Shown here one piece after another: positions 1-13,520 of a stretch of DNA of 64,000 nucleotides. Each line of letters begins with the position of its first letter. The stretch's first letter is position 1. Under the pieces are notes generated by a model. The model saw nothing but the letters and a program-made list of their open reading frames with translations. It was not told the DNA's origin and made no database searches. The stretch is from the human T2T-CHM13v2.0 reference genome, Homo sapiens. Position numbers and translations under genes: made by a program. Location: NCBI RefSeq assembly GCF_009914755.1, contig NC_060930.1; one strand, written 5' to 3'.

Positions 1-292
1 CAAGGGCAGGGCCAGGTGAGATAATTAAATCATGGGAGCATTTCCCCTGTACTGTTCTCCTGGTAGTGAATAAGTCTCGTGAGATCTGATGGTTTTATAA
101 ATGGGAGTTCCCCTGCCCAAGCTGTCTCTTGCCTGCTGCCATGTAAGACATGTCTTGCTTCCCCTTTACTTTCTGCCATGATTTTGAGGCCTCCCCAGCC
201 TGCGGAACTGTGAATCAATTAAACTTCTTTCCTTTATAAGTTACCCAGTTCTGGATGTGTCTTTACTAGCAGCATGGGAACAAACTAATATA
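1..292 (+). mobile_element. THE1-family (THE1C/D-like) MaLR LTR, truncated by window start
   Basis: gtgaataagtctcgtgagatctgatggttttata...gaggcctccccagcc...ttacccagt...aactaatata follows the THE1 LTR consensus to its 3' end. Confidence 0.9.
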
Positions 293-361
293 CCTTCCTT
301 TCAATTTTTCTGCGAACCTAAAGCTGCTTTGAAAAAAAAAGCCTTGAAAAATAGAAGTGAG

Positions 362-908
<547 letters not shown>

Positions 909-1003
909 TTATTTTCTATCTTGTAATATAATTTGATCCTTTACACTTACATAGTCAACTGATTCTAAAAGGAAATATTTTCATTGTATGAACATTTAAC
1001 TAT

Positions 1004-1041
1004 ACTCATTATAGAGTCAAGCACTCATTATAGAGTCAAGC
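1004..1041. repeat. Perfect 19-bp tandem duplication (actcattatagagtcaagc x2)
   Basis: Directly visible. Confidence 0.95.
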
Positions 1042-1287
1042 TGTGTGATATGATTATGTTTCCTTAACTAGATTGTTATTTCTGACTCTCACTAATTGTT
1101 CAAAATGCTGTATTTTGGACCATGTCTTTGTTAAGAAGTTTTTTGTTTATCCTGGATTTTCTGATTGCCTTTTCCAATTGAGAAAAGAAACATTTATCTT
1201 TAGTATTAGATCATTATAATTTTTAAAATTCCTGATTATTCTATATTTGCTTGAAATTTATTTTTTGTTTCAGAATCCATTAAAGTG

Positions 1288-1560
1288 CTTTTTTTTTTTT
1301 TTTTCTTTTTGAGACATGGTCTCTCTCTGTCACCCAGGCTGGAGTGTAGTGGCATGATCTCAGCTCACTGCAATCTCAGCCTCCAGAGTAGCTGGGATTA
1401 CAGGAGTGCACCACCACGCTCAGCTAATTTTTGTACTTTTAGTAGAGTCAAGGTTTCACCATGTTGGCCGGGCTGGTCTCAAACTCCTGGCCTAAAGTGA
1501 TCTGTCCGCCTTGTCCTCCCAAAGTGCTGAGATTACAGGAGTGAGCTACCATGCCTGCCC
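1288..1560 (-). mobile_element. Alu with an internal deletion in the right arm
   Basis: Alu consensus; gcaatctcagcctcc skips about 30 bp between two similar ctc(c/a)gcctcc motifs. Confidence 0.95.
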
Positions 1561-2205
1561 AAGGTGCTGTTCTTATTGGTTAATTCCTTTTATATTGATA
1601 CCCAAAATTTTTGTATAACTTTTTGCTTTTCTCTGAGTGTTGCGTATCTTTTTTTTTTTTTTTTTTTTTGCACTTGCGATTTTATAATGTATTCAGGCAC
1701 TTCCCCTTCTCAAATTCTATCTAGTCAATGGTATTTTCCCTTTCCCCAGTGGCTTCCCGCCCAGAGCCCTCCTTCTTCCTGCCTCCATCTGTACCTCTAT
1801 GGTCAGTTCCATAGCTGTCATGCTGAGACCTCCCTTCCCTGCTCCTGGTTCTGGTTGACTGTCCCCTGGATCCTGTCTTTCTTTCTTTCTTTTTTCTTGG
1901 TTTGTCCCCTTCCTTACTTTGCTGGAGTAAATCCTTAACTGAAATGTGTGTGGAAGGCAAGTGTTCTGAGTCCTTGCTTGTGTGAAAAATTTTTTTTTTG
2001 TCTTCTTTCACATTTCATTAATTATTCAGTTAAGTATTGAATTTTAGACTGTATACTAAGAATTCTAAAGACATGAATTCTGTATCTTTCAATATCTAGT
2101 TTGTTTGCAGGGGATTTTCCTCTGTTCTTAACTTTCAAAGTAATGTTTATAGCTGTGAGCCCTTTTCCTTTATCCTGCTTATTAGCTGGTAAATCTTTTC
2201 AATTT

Positions 2206-2254
2206 GAAAACACAGTTTCTTTTTTTTTTTTTTTTTTTGAAAACACAGTTTCTT
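2206..2254 (-). mobile_element. Poly(A)-only retro-insertion with 16-bp TSD
   Basis: gaaaacacagtttctt - T run - gaaaacacagtttctt|aa. Confidence 0.8.
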
Positions 2255-2877
2255 AATAAGCCCTGGAAACCTCCTTTTATTATTTCTTTGCCTCCATTTT
2301 CTCTTTTTAAAAGCCCTATTAAATATTGAATTTTCCGAGTTGATCTTATGTGTCTCGCCATTTCGCTCCCATTTTCCATTTCTTTGTCATTTTGTTCTCC
2401 TTTATGACAGACTTCATCTATTGTTACCTTTTAGCCCTTCTATTTTATTGTGTATCTTAGTGATCCTGTTTTTAATCTCCAGGAGTTCTTTTTAATTTTC
2501 ATATTCTCCTTTTCCATAGCATCCTGTTATAGATGCAATCTCTAATTTCTCTAAAGATATGAACAAGAATTTTACTTTTCAAAAAGGTTCTCCACAGTTC
2601 TTTTCTTTTGTATTTCAGGCTTCATTGAAATGTTTGATGTCTCTTGGTTGTCTGGTTATATTTAGAATGAGTGAATTGAATGGTCAGGAGCTCTGTGTAG
2701 ACAGTTGGGTTCTATTGACTGAGAGACTTCTCTTTGAGCTGAGTGGACAGGGAATTTATGCCTTACACAGTAGCCCTCTGAGTGTCACAGTTAGGAGGGA
2801 TTTTCTCTAATGCGCCAATACCCATGCTAATTGCCCTAGTTTCCTCCAGATATTTTATCGATTTTCTTTTGAAAAGA

Positions 2878-2909
2878 CTATTTATTTATTTATTTATTTA
2901 TTTATTTTT
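2878..2909. repeat. (TTTA)n microsatellite
   Basis: Directly visible. Confidence 0.9.
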
Positions 2910-3389
2910 GGCCTAGGAATAAATGCCTTGTTTCAGCTTCTGTTGGAAGAAGAGAAGGAGGCAGATAGGAAGCTGTGGTTGGCTGTTCCTTGCATAGACC
3001 TTCAACAAATTCCCGTTTTCAGATCTGGTTCTCACTCTTTATCTCTGTTGTGTATGCTTCTTCCTACTCCAGACTCTGGAGTAGGAAGCCAAGTAAGTTA
3101 ATTCCCTTCATTGCAGCAGCACCTTCCCCTCCTCGTTTGTATATAAAGCGGCTGCTTTCTTAGCTCTGCTTTATCCATTGGTCAATGTTTCTCCATCTGT
3201 GTTCTGTATTCCAACAATTTATTAAACTCTTTAATCCACTGATGGCATGATGTCATTATTCTGTATTTTTGGAGGTTTATACTTTTAAAAATTACTACTA
3301 TAGTTATAATGAGGTATCAGAAAGAAAATAGAAACTTACATTTCTTCAGACCTACCATTCAGAAATGGAATTCTGTTTTATATAATTAA

Positions 3390-3925
<536 letters not shown>

Positions 3926-4324
3926 TAATCTTTAGCATTTATTTTATTTAATATTGTGAGCAGATAGTACAGAGTTCTCATAAGTCCTTTCTCCTTCATA
4001 CGTGGTTTTCTCTATTATTAATCTTTAGAGTTTTCATGCTAAGATAAATATAACATCTGGTCAAGGCAGAGAATATGATTTCTCATAGATTACCAGGAAC
4101 ACTTCAGTAATAGTAGTCACAGGAAAGAATAAACCTAAACAAATCTAGAGAAAGAGTTCAATACTAATAATAGAAAAGACTTAATAGGTCCCTCAGCTCA
4201 GAGATACTTTAATTATAGAGGGTCCTGGAATCTCTATCACTGGAAAAATTTAAAGGATAAATATCAATATGGCTTTGGAAAGAAAAAATACATTACTTCT
4301 ACAATTAACTTGTTTTATCTTGGA

Positions 4325-4520
4325 CAAAATGTTTGTGAAGCTCCTACTGTGTACTAAAAACTTTGGTGGGTGTATGGAGTACAAAGACAAATGAAACATG
4401 AGCTATGCTTTGATGTCTAAATAGAGAGATAGACATGCAACCAAATAATTTAATACAGTGTTCTAAGCATAATAGTCTATTCTAAGTGAAGTCCTGGAAC
4501 AGAAGAGGGAGTGAGCAGTT
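4325..4520 (-). mobile_element. L2 fragment
   Basis: gctcctactgtgtac...gagatagacatgcaaccaaataatttaatacagtg is typical of an antisense L2 3' region. Confidence 0.6.
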
Positions 4521-4682
4521 TTCCTTGAGTGGGCCCCAAAAAGATTCCAAATAATTGTGGCTTGAATTTTCTATCTTGACTACAAAGATTCATTCTGTGG
4601 TATTTATACCTGGAAAAACAGCATTTTACTTTTCTAAAACAATGGCCTTTTTGCATCTGGAATTTCACAGATGGTTCTCAGG

Positions 4683-5432
4683 TGTATAAGTCAGAATTCA
4701 ACCAGAAAATAAAAGCCACACAGTCATTAGAATAAGGGAAGTTTAATATGAAGAATAACTATCCATGTGGGATTAGAATGATAAGAGATTGGCTAGTAAA
4801 AAGTAAAGAGAACTCTAAAGAATTTAGGAACTGCAGATACAAGGAGAAGCCATGATGTATAGGACTGAGACAGAGCACCCAAGGAAAAGGATTTCCTCTC
4901 TCTCAGGGCTAAGATACATACCTCATTGGAATGGGCATAGCTGTGGCTCACCAGATAGTGGAGGAGTCCCTGAAATACCTTGATGAACTTGTAGGAAATC
5001 TTTCCTCTGAGGTGCTGAGAAAGCCATTGACAGGGACATGCTGTGCTTTGCAATTCATTGCAATGTTACCTGAGGGTTTGTTGGGGAAGGTATTGGCCAT
5101 TGAGTGCTTCTGGCTGCTGGAGCCAGAGGCCAGGTGCTAGAGGAGCTCTTCACTATAGGAACTGTTTATTTTAGGTGTCGGTGGCAAAGCCATGATGGCA
5201 GAAGCCTAGTGCTGAAGAAATTGGGTACTGTAGCAGCCTAAGAAGAGGAGTGTATAAGAACCACCAAGAGAACAATACCATTTCTCCTCCAATATCTCTC
5301 CTCCCTCCACCAACAAAGCTTAACATGTGCCAGCTGGTGAAAAGAAATTGTAAAAGACCCATATGCATTTTACAGAGCAGGATATGAAAGATAGATTTTG
5401 AGCCTCGAGGCAAGTAAATTGATAACTGACAC
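4683..5432 (-). mobile_element. ERVL solo LTR (LTR33/LTR41-like)
   Basis: TG...CA termini: tgtataagtcagaattcaaccagaaa ... gaggcaagtaaattgataactgacaca. Confidence 0.7.
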
Positions 5433-6519
5433 AACAGGATAAATTTTTGTGACTTTCTCTAAAATGAATCATCTCTTTGAAAGTTCACATCGTATTTCAG
5501 TGTTCATCTTACTGATGTCTTACTGATGGTTTACTGGTTTTCTTACTTGCAATATCTGTTTAGGAAACTTTTGACACTTTCATTTTGACATTTCTCTTGA
5601 GGTCTAAAATTTAGAAGCATGTCTGGCTTCAAGGTGTTTTTTCTCTGCCTTGATAGAACAATAGCATTTTGTGGTTTTCTATCTAGAGAATTCTAAATTT
5701 GTGGTTCCTTGGTTAACTAATCCAACCTTTCACTGAATCTTTCTATGGTAACTCTGCTCATCATTTTCTTTCTCTGGTCCCTCCTTTCTCACTATATGCT
5801 ATTGCCTTAGTCTTCTTGATAGTCCAAGAAGCCCAGGGTTTTTTGTAGCTGAGAGTTGGAATTGGTTTTATAACCCCTTAGGATTGAAGATCATCCTCTC
5901 AAAGTATTGCACAGAATGTAACACTTTCCAAATGTGGTGTCTAGCATGATACTGATATGAGACAACCTTACCCCCTGTAATCAAGATATTGTATATTTCC
6001 TGGCAAGTAAATTTCAAGCCTTTTGGCTCTACAGATTCTCTGTTTCTTGGTTTAGAGGAAATTTAGCAGGTGATGTGTTATAGTATGGAGTCACTTATAT
6101 GTTAAAAGCTACATTGTGACATGGGAGATTTCAGTGATGAAAAACCGGAAGTGGGAAATCTGCAGTTGGCAACTTGATTAAGGAGAACTTTCTAGAAATG
6201 TAGGGGCAAGACACTGATGTGTTAGAAGAGGGAAGATGGTAGCCCTTAAAAAGAAACAGTGTGACATACATGCTGAAGGAACCATAGTAACTAAGAAGCA
6301 ACTCAACGATGATTAATGACTAATATTGAAAAAACATTCTGGAAGCAGTGATCCAAAAAAGGCTGGGAGAACTATAGAACTGTGCCCAAACCTCCTTTTT
6401 GGAATCCTTTTCAATGCTTGTGGAGATTTTGGAGAACGGAGATTGTATAAGACTTTTTTGCTGTGATACATAATCTGAAGAATTCATGCTTGTCACATAA
6501 TCTTATTTTTCCCATAGCA

Positions 6520-6677
6520 GTGGTAATAATATATTTGAACGTCTACTATGGGCTAAGTACCATTTAAAACATTATTTACCACCACTTATAAGATGCAAGT
6601 TATAATCATTTTTTATGGGAAAACTGAGTCTTACAAAGTTTAGACAACTTGATGTGGGCCAAGTTTTGGACCTGGGT
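6520..6677 (-). mobile_element. MIR SINE
   Basis: ttgaacgtctactatg...ggaaaactgagtc...aagtttagacaacttg. Confidence 0.65.
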
Positions 6678-6795
6678 ATAAGTTCTGTGAAGGCAGATAT
6701 TATAGCTGTTTTGTTCAGTTGGTACCCCTGGGGGCTTGAAGAGGGTCTATCACATAATAGGTGCTCCGTAAACATTTGTTGACTGGATTAATGAT
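6678..6795 (+). mobile_element. L2 3' end
   Basis: taagttctgtgaaggcag...taggtgctccgtaaacatttgttgac. Confidence 0.75.
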
Positions 6796-7080
6796 TCCCA
6801 TATCTGAATGTTTTTTACTCCCTCTTTTTCAGTATTTCATATTGAGATTATTTAAGAGTTTGGGCCATGGCTCTCCTAGTTCTCTATAATGGATATTCCA
6901 ATGGGTTCTGAGAGTAGGAAGATATTAGATGAAGGTAGTAATGTTGAACTGGTGAGCTGGAGGTCCTTGCAGGTGGGAATAGGCTAAGGCTGGCATAATT
7001 GTATAGAACTCACAGCAGACCTAGAAAGGTAAGTCATCATTTAGTAAATGGCTTTGTCCTTCCATTTGATATATTTCACA

Positions 7081-7245
7081 CAGGAATCTTTAACCTAGGA
7101 AGTATCGTACCCAAGGGGGTTCATGGGAGGTTCCCAGGAAGCCCACTGATTACTGAAATTGCATGTAAAGTTGTATGGTGATGTATTTTTCTGGGAGGAG
7201 GGTACACCATTTCTAGGGGGCTGTGACACTAAAAAGATTAACAGT
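7081..7245. mobile_element. hAT-Charlie MITE (Charlie4z-like)
   Basis: caggaatctttaacctagg...tttctgggaggagggtac...tgtgacactaaaaagattaa. Confidence 0.6.
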
Positions 7246-7297
7246 ATTCAATGAGAACACTTATCATTTACCTTCTGCTCGACCATAAAGTGTATTG

Positions 7298-7359
7298 TTT
7301 TGTAATATTGTAGTATTTTTTGTAATTTTGTAATATTGTAGTATTTTTGTGTAATATTG
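7298..7359. repeat. Short tandem repeat of ttttgtaatattgtagtattttt
   Basis: Two copies plus partial copies. Confidence 0.85.
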
Positions 7360-8632
7360 GACTTGACACATTCTTTTTGTTGATTTTTATTAAAAGGAGA
7401 AATTTCATTTTGTCCTACACATAGTGAATTTTAAATTATTTTTAGGTATAGTTGACATTTCCGAGCTTAGGCCTGGGGCACTTCTCTTACTGAAAAACCT
7501 ATGTCACTCAGAAGCCCAGAGAAAATATTAATTAATTTCCAATTTACTTGGAGGCAGGATGAAAATAATAGGTTGGTCTCTCCTTCTGACCACCCAAGAT
7601 GCCAGCCACCCTGAATGCTTTTTCTTGTCCCTTCATGTTTTGGATCCAAACTAGCTAAATCAGGATCTTTTAGAGGTTTTCTCTAAATAAGCTAGCAAGC
7701 ATTTACCTGTTTGAAACAAAACCCACAGACCTGCTTGCCTAATTCTGGCAACCAAAACCCTGTGGCTGTGAGCAAGTTTGCCTCCGCTTTGATCCATGAT
7801 GTGTATGACAATATATTTTTTGGCTGTTCTAAAGCAGACTGCCAATTAGATCCAAATGTGTCAGACAGACTCAGAGAGGGTACTAGTGGCCAAGTTTCCA
7901 TTAGTGGTTACTACTGATTGATGCCTGCAGCTTTCTGTTCATGTACAAATAGAAACCTATTCTCATCTTTGATCTTGGGGTTGGGAGTTGAGGTAATGAG
8001 GAGAAAGTCCCGGAACACAATTAAATCTCTTTGTATCTCTCAACTTGTAACTTTTGTTTTCCATTTAACACAGGAAAGACTCTGAATATTAGGAAGTTGT
8101 GATTCTCTTGTTCAGACTAGGGCATGCTTTTCATTTGCTCAGATACAGAAGGATATAGGGAGAAGGAAATAAACCATGTTTATGGAAACACAGCTCTGTG
8201 CCTGTAACGGTGTTAGATGCTTTCCCACGTGACCTCATCCAATTCCCTAACAACTCTAGAAAACGAGGATTCATATTCCACATACTCTTAAGGAAACTGC
8301 GTTTCAGAGGAGAGGGAGAAAAATACATTCTTCTGTGTTGCGCACATTGTAAGTGGCAAAACAAGTTGAAACAGGCAACTGTTGGCCTCAATGGCCTGTG
8401 GTATTTCCACTCCACGGTATAACAATGTAAGTGATTATGGTGTTAATCCTCCTGGTACTGCAAAAGAGCTTTATGAAAACCTTGAATGCACAATGGGAAT
8501 GGGAACTATTCTGAACAGTTTATTTAGTCTAGAAGCTTACCTGTGAGTCATCATAGACCAATACAAAAAAAATCAGAAACCTAATTTCTAGATTTTAGCC
8601 TTTGCATTAATACTTAGAAATAAGCTGGTCTG

Positions 8633-8683
<51 letters not shown>
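8633..8683. repeat. (TCTA)12 tetranucleotide STR
   Basis: Directly counted; preceded by tctg. Confidence 0.97.
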
Positions 8684-8684
<1 letters not shown>

Positions 8685-9104
8685 AGTCTCTGCCTATAGT
8701 TTCTGAAACCAGAATCTTGTTCTGAGAAGTAAACTGTGCAAGGGGAAAGGATGAAGGAGAAAAAAAGCCAAGCGAACCTCTTTTCTTTGTAATGAGTCAT
8801 ATTGCCTGCACTTGGATTTTCACTGACACCAGCTAGGACAGTTTCTGCCCCTCCTCTCTCAAGGAAGACCTTAATGATGGTTCACAGGGCCTGAATCTTA
8901 TCTGTGGTACCAATTAATTCTGGAAACTAAAAGTGTACTCATTTGAATTTATGTTTAAAATTTTTTTCTTTCTCCCTCCTATACTTATTTTCTAGGGAAG
9001 TAATTTGACATTTGGGTCTGCATTACACCAAAGTGAGTGAAAGATACTTTGCTACAGTTTTTCAGGGAAGGGAGGTTTATTTAGCTGTGGTAAATAGCCT
9101 AGAA

Positions 9105-9326
9105 CAGAGGTTGGCAAACTTTTTCTGTAAAGTGCTATATCGTAGGTACTTAAGGCTTTGTAGGCCATACGGTCTTTGTGGTTACAACCCAACTGTGCTG
9201 TTGTAGTGTGAAAGCAGCCAGTCAACACATAAATGAGTCAGTACGGTTGTGTTTCAATAAAACTTTATTTATGCAAACAAGAGAGGGGCCACATTTGGCC
9301 CCTGAGCTGCGGTTTGCCAAACTTTG
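9105..9326 (+). mobile_element. MER58A hAT-Charlie MITE
   Basis: TIRs cagaggttggcaaact...gtttgccaaactttg; perfect 8-bp TSD gcctagaa at 9097 and 9327. Confidence 0.92.
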
Positions 9327-9704
9327 GCCTAGAACATATCTCAGGTTTTTCTCTGTGTTTGACACCTACTGCCAAGCACATAGTAAGTGCTCAATAAATA
9401 ATAAATGTTTTTAAATAACTGCACATGTAAAGGAACAATAGAACTCTTTCCAGACTTTATAAGTAGCAACTATGTTATACATTAAGGAATGAGTTGGTAG
9501 GAGTAGAGTCAATCTACAGATAGAAGAATAAAGCATGAGAGGTTAGGGCCTCAAGAAGCTGCAGGCAAATTTTCATGTAGAATTCAAGCTCCCTGACTCT
9601 AATCAGTGGTGCATTTACTGAGCTCCTTTGGTGCATGCAAGTTTATATTATTTTACCATTTATTTTAAGGAAATCTATGTCTTTCAAAGAGAATAATATT
9701 AATT

Positions 9705-9960
9705 TCTGTTGCATCAGATAAGCTCCTCTGGGTTGCAAGAGATAGAAAACCCAGTTCAAACAAGCTTAAACAATACAGGGAAGTTGTTGGCTGATGAAAC
9801 AGAAAAGTCTTGATATAGAGTAGGCTCCAGGCAAGCTTGACTCAGGCACCCAAAGTCACCAAGAATCCAGTTCCTTTCTGCCTCCTTGTTCTGCCTATCA
9901 CTTGGTCATCTTCATTGTCAGATTCCACCCTATGGGGTGCTCCTTAAGGTTTTCTTGCTT
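9705..9960 (-). mobile_element. Old MaLR LTR fragment (MLT1L/N/O-like)
   Basis: ggttgcaagagatagaaaacccagttcaaacaagcttaaac. Confidence 0.6.
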
Positions 9961-10129
9961 GGGATGGTGGAATAGGGAAAATGAACTAACTCCTCCTCAA
10001 ACTTTTGCTGACCTTGGCCAATTGAAGAAACAGAGCACAGATAAAAAATGGACTAACGTGTCCTGGCTGGTGAGTGGGAAGCCGAATGAAACTGGGCAAG
10101 TCAACTGAATATTTGGCAGTCCTGAAGAC

Positions 10130-10620
10130 TGGGAACAGACCAGGGAGTAGATGCATTCTAGGGAGAGGAACATCTTTGGAGGTATGCAAGAGTCCAGCAA
10201 GTTTGCTTAGTCCAAAGTTGTTTAGAATCACTGGAGTATAAAGAGTAGGGGGGATGTAAGGATGGATGGACAGGTAGGAGAGGACCAAATCCTGAAGTGA
10301 CTTGAAGAAATCAGCTTTTATCTCCAAGATAACTAGGGCATTGCTAAAGTTTGAGCAAGGTAGTGACGAGATGAAACTTACGTGTGAGAAAAATTATGTT
10401 GATAGTTTTGTGGAAGGAGGTTGAGGGAGAAGTAGGGAGAAAAGCAATGAACCTGATATAATTAACTGGATGTAGCATATGATGGTGGGTATGAACAAGA
10501 GAAGAAGAGTAAGAGAGCCATTTAGATAGAATGAACCTGCTGGATATGGGGGAGAGTGAATCAACCAGAATGATGCTGGTCTTCTATTTCAGGAGCTGTG
10601 TGCATGGTAAGGCCACAGAT
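10130..10620 (-). mobile_element. L2 fragment
   Basis: Purine-rich antisense L2 (gcttttatctcc...tttgagcaaggtagtgac). Confidence 0.6.
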
Positions 10621-11077
10621 CATGACAAATAAATAACATTTCCCTGCATTTCCTTTTGAGGGCACGGACATGGGAATCTGGGGTGTCTTGTTTATTTTTC
10701 CAGATATGCTGAATGGGAAGAACCCGAATAAAGGTGACAGTCTCCAGACAGTATTCTAGTTGCTCAAGTCATGGTAGAGTCTATGCAAGGTCTGTAACCA
10801 GTTTATACCCATGGTCCATGGGTATACTGATGGTCTGAAGGATAAGTGAAGAGCCCAGGCCAGATAGAATTCAGACGTAGCCCCAGAGGCCCTGGCTACT
10901 CAGTCTTTTCAAATACTACTGGGTGGAAACCACTGTGAGGGAAACTTTTCTGTCTAACCTTTTTTGGCTTCTGTTGCTAATGGAACATATTCTAGGCATC
11001 AAAGCCATTGTCAGTTCTGAAGGAGAAAAATGCCTCTCTTTGGCTTTTGTAAATATCCTGGCTGGGGGATTCACCAT

Positions 11078-11139
11078 ATGCAAATGCCTTAGGCATCCTG
11101 GCGGTGAGGGCACAGAACACTGTGTCCATCTGTGACTCA
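11078..11139. promoter_or_regulatory. Candidate composite element: octamer, steroid-receptor palindrome, E-box and AP-1
   Basis: ATGCAAAT 11078; AGAACActgTGTCCA 11114; CATCTG 11127; TGACTCA 11133. Confidence 0.4.
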
Positions 11140-11802
11140 GCCAGGCCCCACAAAGAGCAATCACCAAACCCGCAGAGGGAGAAGGAGAATTGGAAGGAGC
11201 CTCGGCATTGTTCTGGCCATGGGAACGTATGTTGGGAATATTGTTCCAGCCACTGCAAAAGGGCTCCCAGCATTGCTTCCCAGGAAACATCATGCGTTAC
11301 ACTGGTGACAGTAGCAGCCGCACAGGTTGAATGACCACTGGGGGAGCGGTGGATAGATGCTCACATAGCAGTGTGGGCAGTTATGGCTTTGCAGGACACC
11401 ATCCCCCTCCACAGGGGCTCAGCTCAGCACGCCTCTAAAGGCCTGAACGGAAAGAATTGTGGGTGGGAGCCAAAGGAACACATTATTTAAGAGAGATTGG
11501 TTCTTTAGTTAGAAAATGCTTAGAGATATGGCAGAAAGGATTCTAAATTGAAATGCAGTGACATTCTCATTAGATCCAGGAAGTCTTTGAAACTTTCAGA
11601 CTGAGTTAGTTGCTTTTCAGGTAAAACCAGTCCCCAAGCCATAGCTGAATTGGTAGTGCAGCATTAGGCAAATAGGCAGATGTGGCATACAAAGAAATAC
11701 GAAAGACAGCTATGAATGTTGGAGAAGAAAGCTTTTTTCTACTCTCTACCTTCCTTACTTCTCTGGATCCTTCTTTCTTGTCTATTAACAATGCTGTCTC
11801 TT

Positions 11803-12129
<327 letters not shown>

Positions 12130-12214
12130 CTCTCTCCTGATATTATGGCAAAAAAAGAGTTCCCTGAGACTTGGTTTTAGATACAAATGAACAAATGAAG
12201 TAGTAGGGATTCTG

Positions 12215-12560
12215 TTCAATCTAGTTCAGCATCCTCTGTTGAATGTTCACTATGGGTGGGGCATTGTGCTATGGATGAAGGTCAGGGGAGGTGGTAAAAC
12301 AAGACACAGTCCATATTCCCAAGGTGCTCACGGTCTATGGTGGAAGACGGGCATCTTTTAAAGTAAATGTTACACAAATCAAACTGTAGTAAGTGCTCTA
12401 AGAAAGGTATAAACAAGATAGAAAGACAAGTGAAGGTATTCTGACTAGAGACATAGGAGAGATGCAGGAAAGAACTGACCTGGGTAGAAAGATGGAGTAA
12501 GAGGGAGTGCAAGAGCAAGATGGCAACAGTGAGAGATAGACAAGGCACTAGAATGTTCTG
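12215..12560 (-). mobile_element. L2 fragment
   Basis: ttgaatgttcactatg...caaggtgctcacggtcta. Confidence 0.6.
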
Positions 12561-13319
12561 AGAGTAAACGTCCCCACATAAACACTGCTGGGTTGGGTGG
12601 CATGGCAGAGAGCCCCCCATGATTAACTTGCTTCTCTCAGGGTATTGGAATTGGGACAGTTGCTCTTCCATGTTTAGAAAAGTTTAACACCTGACTGAGA
12701 GTCTGAGACAGGCTAAAGAAGGGCTGCTTCTCTTTGGGGATGGGGGGGTTCCCCAAGAACAGACTAAACACAAAGGCTCCTCTGACCTTTCACAGTTAAA
12801 TGACTGTGCCAGGACAGGAGAAAAGTAAGAGTTTTTCCTGGTCTGTCTTTCCTTAGTTAATATTTATCAAGAGTCTTTCCCAGGTGCTGTGGAAACCCCC
12901 TGATCACAAGGAATGTGAAGTAAGATGGAGGAGATACAGAAGTTGGTTTTATCGCTTTAAATATGACACTGATGTTTTTCAGAGACCCTGGAGATCCTGA
13001 AACCATTCATCTATCAAAGCCTTTCTCTTAGGCCTCTATTCTGTGCAAGCCATGAAAGAACAGGCCTTCATGAAGTCCTGCTTTATATATTTTTTGAGAC
13101 ATGCATTTCTGAAAACTGGACTAAATTATATGCTTGCCTGATTTTGATTCAGCGACTGCCTCTAGAGATGATTGGGTTGGAGTATTATGAGGAATTTTCA
13201 CAGTCAACAAAGCCCAGCCTAAGAAAAGTGGAGAAATGCAGGTGCCAACCCACAAGTCCTACAGAAGACGAGGGGTGGGGTGTGGAATGTGGACAGGGCA
13301 GAAAGTCACATTTCTTGAA

Positions 13320-13520
13320 GAACTTTATTCACCAGGCACTGTGCTAGGTACTTTAGAGGCAATCCTTAGTCTCCACTGTGTCCTGAATGAAATAGGTGGC
13401 GTCCCTATACAACAATGAAGAAACTGAGACCTGAGTGGTTAAGTAACTTGCCTAAGGCTCATCTACTCAGCAACGATGCAGCCATTATTTGCAGGCCAGA
13501 ATCCAAGACTTACTACCTGC
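13320..13520 (-). mobile_element. MIR SINE
   Basis: ccaggcactgtgctagg...atgaagaaactgagacc...ggttaagtaacttgcctaagg. Confidence 0.8.

Larger units (their letters stand above)
1930..3330 (-). mobile_element. HAL1 or old L1 ORF1-region fragment, degenerate
   Basis: T-rich antisense L1-like sequence; minus ORF 2182-2379 contains ENGGKEIIK, resembling the HAL1/L1 ORF1 motif ENGGEEIIKEI; boundaries approximate. Confidence 0.6.

Noticed and set aside
10704-10733. Possible 30-nt micro-exon (ttccag|ATATG...AAAG|gtgaca)
   Set aside because: Weak donor and no neighbouring coding exons
10916-11334. Overlapping 70-125 aa ORFs in unique GC-richer DNA
   Set aside because: No recognisable domain, no consistent splice boundaries, no processed-pseudogene hallmarks
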